Shown here piece after piece: positions 63,329-64,000 of a DNA stretch of 64,000 bases. The position numbers and the translations under genes were made by a program. The stretch lies in assembly GCA_963755715.1 (NCBI GenBank), contig CAVWLW010000065.1:1-64000 (forward strand). Reading direction: 5' to 3'. The notes beneath the pieces were generated by a model. That model saw nothing but the letters and a program-made list of their open reading frames with translations. It had not been told where the DNA came from and ran no database searches. The number at the start of each line of letters is the position of its first letter. Positions within the stretch are counted from its first letter, which is position 1. The stretch comes from an uncultured delta proteobacterium (lineage in GTDB: Bacteria > Desulfobacterota > Binatia > UBA9968).

Positions 63329-63556
63329 TCATGCAGCGATTAAATTGTAAATCGCGTGCCAGTGCAAAGGCGGCAGCAAAAATAATTGCGACGTCGTTAG
63401 AAGCAAGTCCTGTATGGATTTTTATAATTGCTAATCGGAAAAATCCTTCAACTCAGCACTGCCAGTTTTTATTTTCCATCCTTTGGGGCGATGCGACGAG
63501 TTGAAAACTCCTTCATATTTAGTGTCTTCCAAATGACCTAAAAAATTCTAGGCTGT

Positions 63557-63572
63557 TGGCATATGCATTGCG
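63557..63572 (+). promoter_or_regulatory. Sigma54 -24/-12 promoter
   Basis: TGGCATA-TGCA-TTGCG in an AT-rich intergenic region. Confidence 0.6.
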
Positions 63573-63711
63573 GCTCTGCTGTCAGAAGATTTTCGGCCTT
63601 TCATCTGTGCGCAACCCCCAAGTAGTCACGTGTGTGATGATCCAAAGTAAACGGTGAATCGGTTGATTAAACCGAAGGAAATGAAGATCTACAGAAAAGG
63701 AGGGCAAGACT

Positions 63712-64000
63712 ATGGCTGACCAAAATATGGCTGCCGAAGAGACCTTATTAGACGTCCGAGTAGCGGAGGCTTCCAAACTCTATAAGTTCTATCTCAACCA
63801 GGAGAAGTTGATTCTTGGAACCCTCTCCGTAAGTCTTTTTCTTCTCGTCTGGGAGCTGGTCGGAAACGTATTTCAACTTATCAATCCGATGTTTATGAGC
63901 GCCCCATCGCTCATCTGGAAAGCCGCTGTGCAGCTATTCGGCTCGGGCGAGATTTGGAATGATCTTAGCGTCAGCGGCATCGAATTCGGGTGGGGATATT
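63712..64000 (+). CDS. ABC permease, SsuC/TauC type (partial, runs off the window)
   Basis: AGGAGG RBS; FLLVWELVG...FMSAPSLIW.AA..LFGSGEIWNDL. Confidence 0.85.
   Translation, partial: MADQNMAAEETLLDVRVAEASKLYKFYLNQEKLILGTLSVSLFLLVWELVGNVFQLINPMFMSAPSLIWKAAVQLFGSGEIWNDLSVSGIEFGWGY

Overview
This is a GC-rich bacterial chromosome segment. Its gene content (smc-ftsY, many orphan substrate-binding proteins, Rieske/VOC/amidohydrolase genes) is reminiscent of Deltaproteobacteria/Binatia-like soil lineages, which is an inference. Many genes carry single-base frameshifts, most likely long-read consensus errors. There are four blocks. (1) 1-5432: the right end of an integrated phage-satellite/prophage-like element inserted at an initiator tRNA-fMet, with several HTH regulators, a DUF669-like protein, a packaging-type HNH nuclease followed by a cos-like region and short repeats, and a tyrosine integrase whose stop codon lies in the tRNA anticodon loop. 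(2) 5.5-17 kb: housekeeping genes (Nudix, aspartate aminotransferase, coaD, rsmD, A-type Fe-S carrier, ftsY, smc with tandem NrdR-like boxes, HNH, RNase G). (3) 17-38.8 kb: catabolic and transport genes (VOC pair, tandem MFS, DUF1152, orphan binding proteins, cupin, heme-oxygenase-like enzyme, peptide ABC, Rieske oxygenase, PQQ dehydrogenase, CorA). (4) 38.9-63.3 kb: a large ECF42-type regulon with two TPR-tailed sigma factors, six YciI/DGPF genes, VOC/DoxX/GST genes and a beta-propeller plus ubiquitin-like pair. It has nine recognisable ECF promoters (two sequence dialects plus one hybrid) and several collapsed gene remnants missing from the ORF track. No CRISPR array or rRNA was seen.
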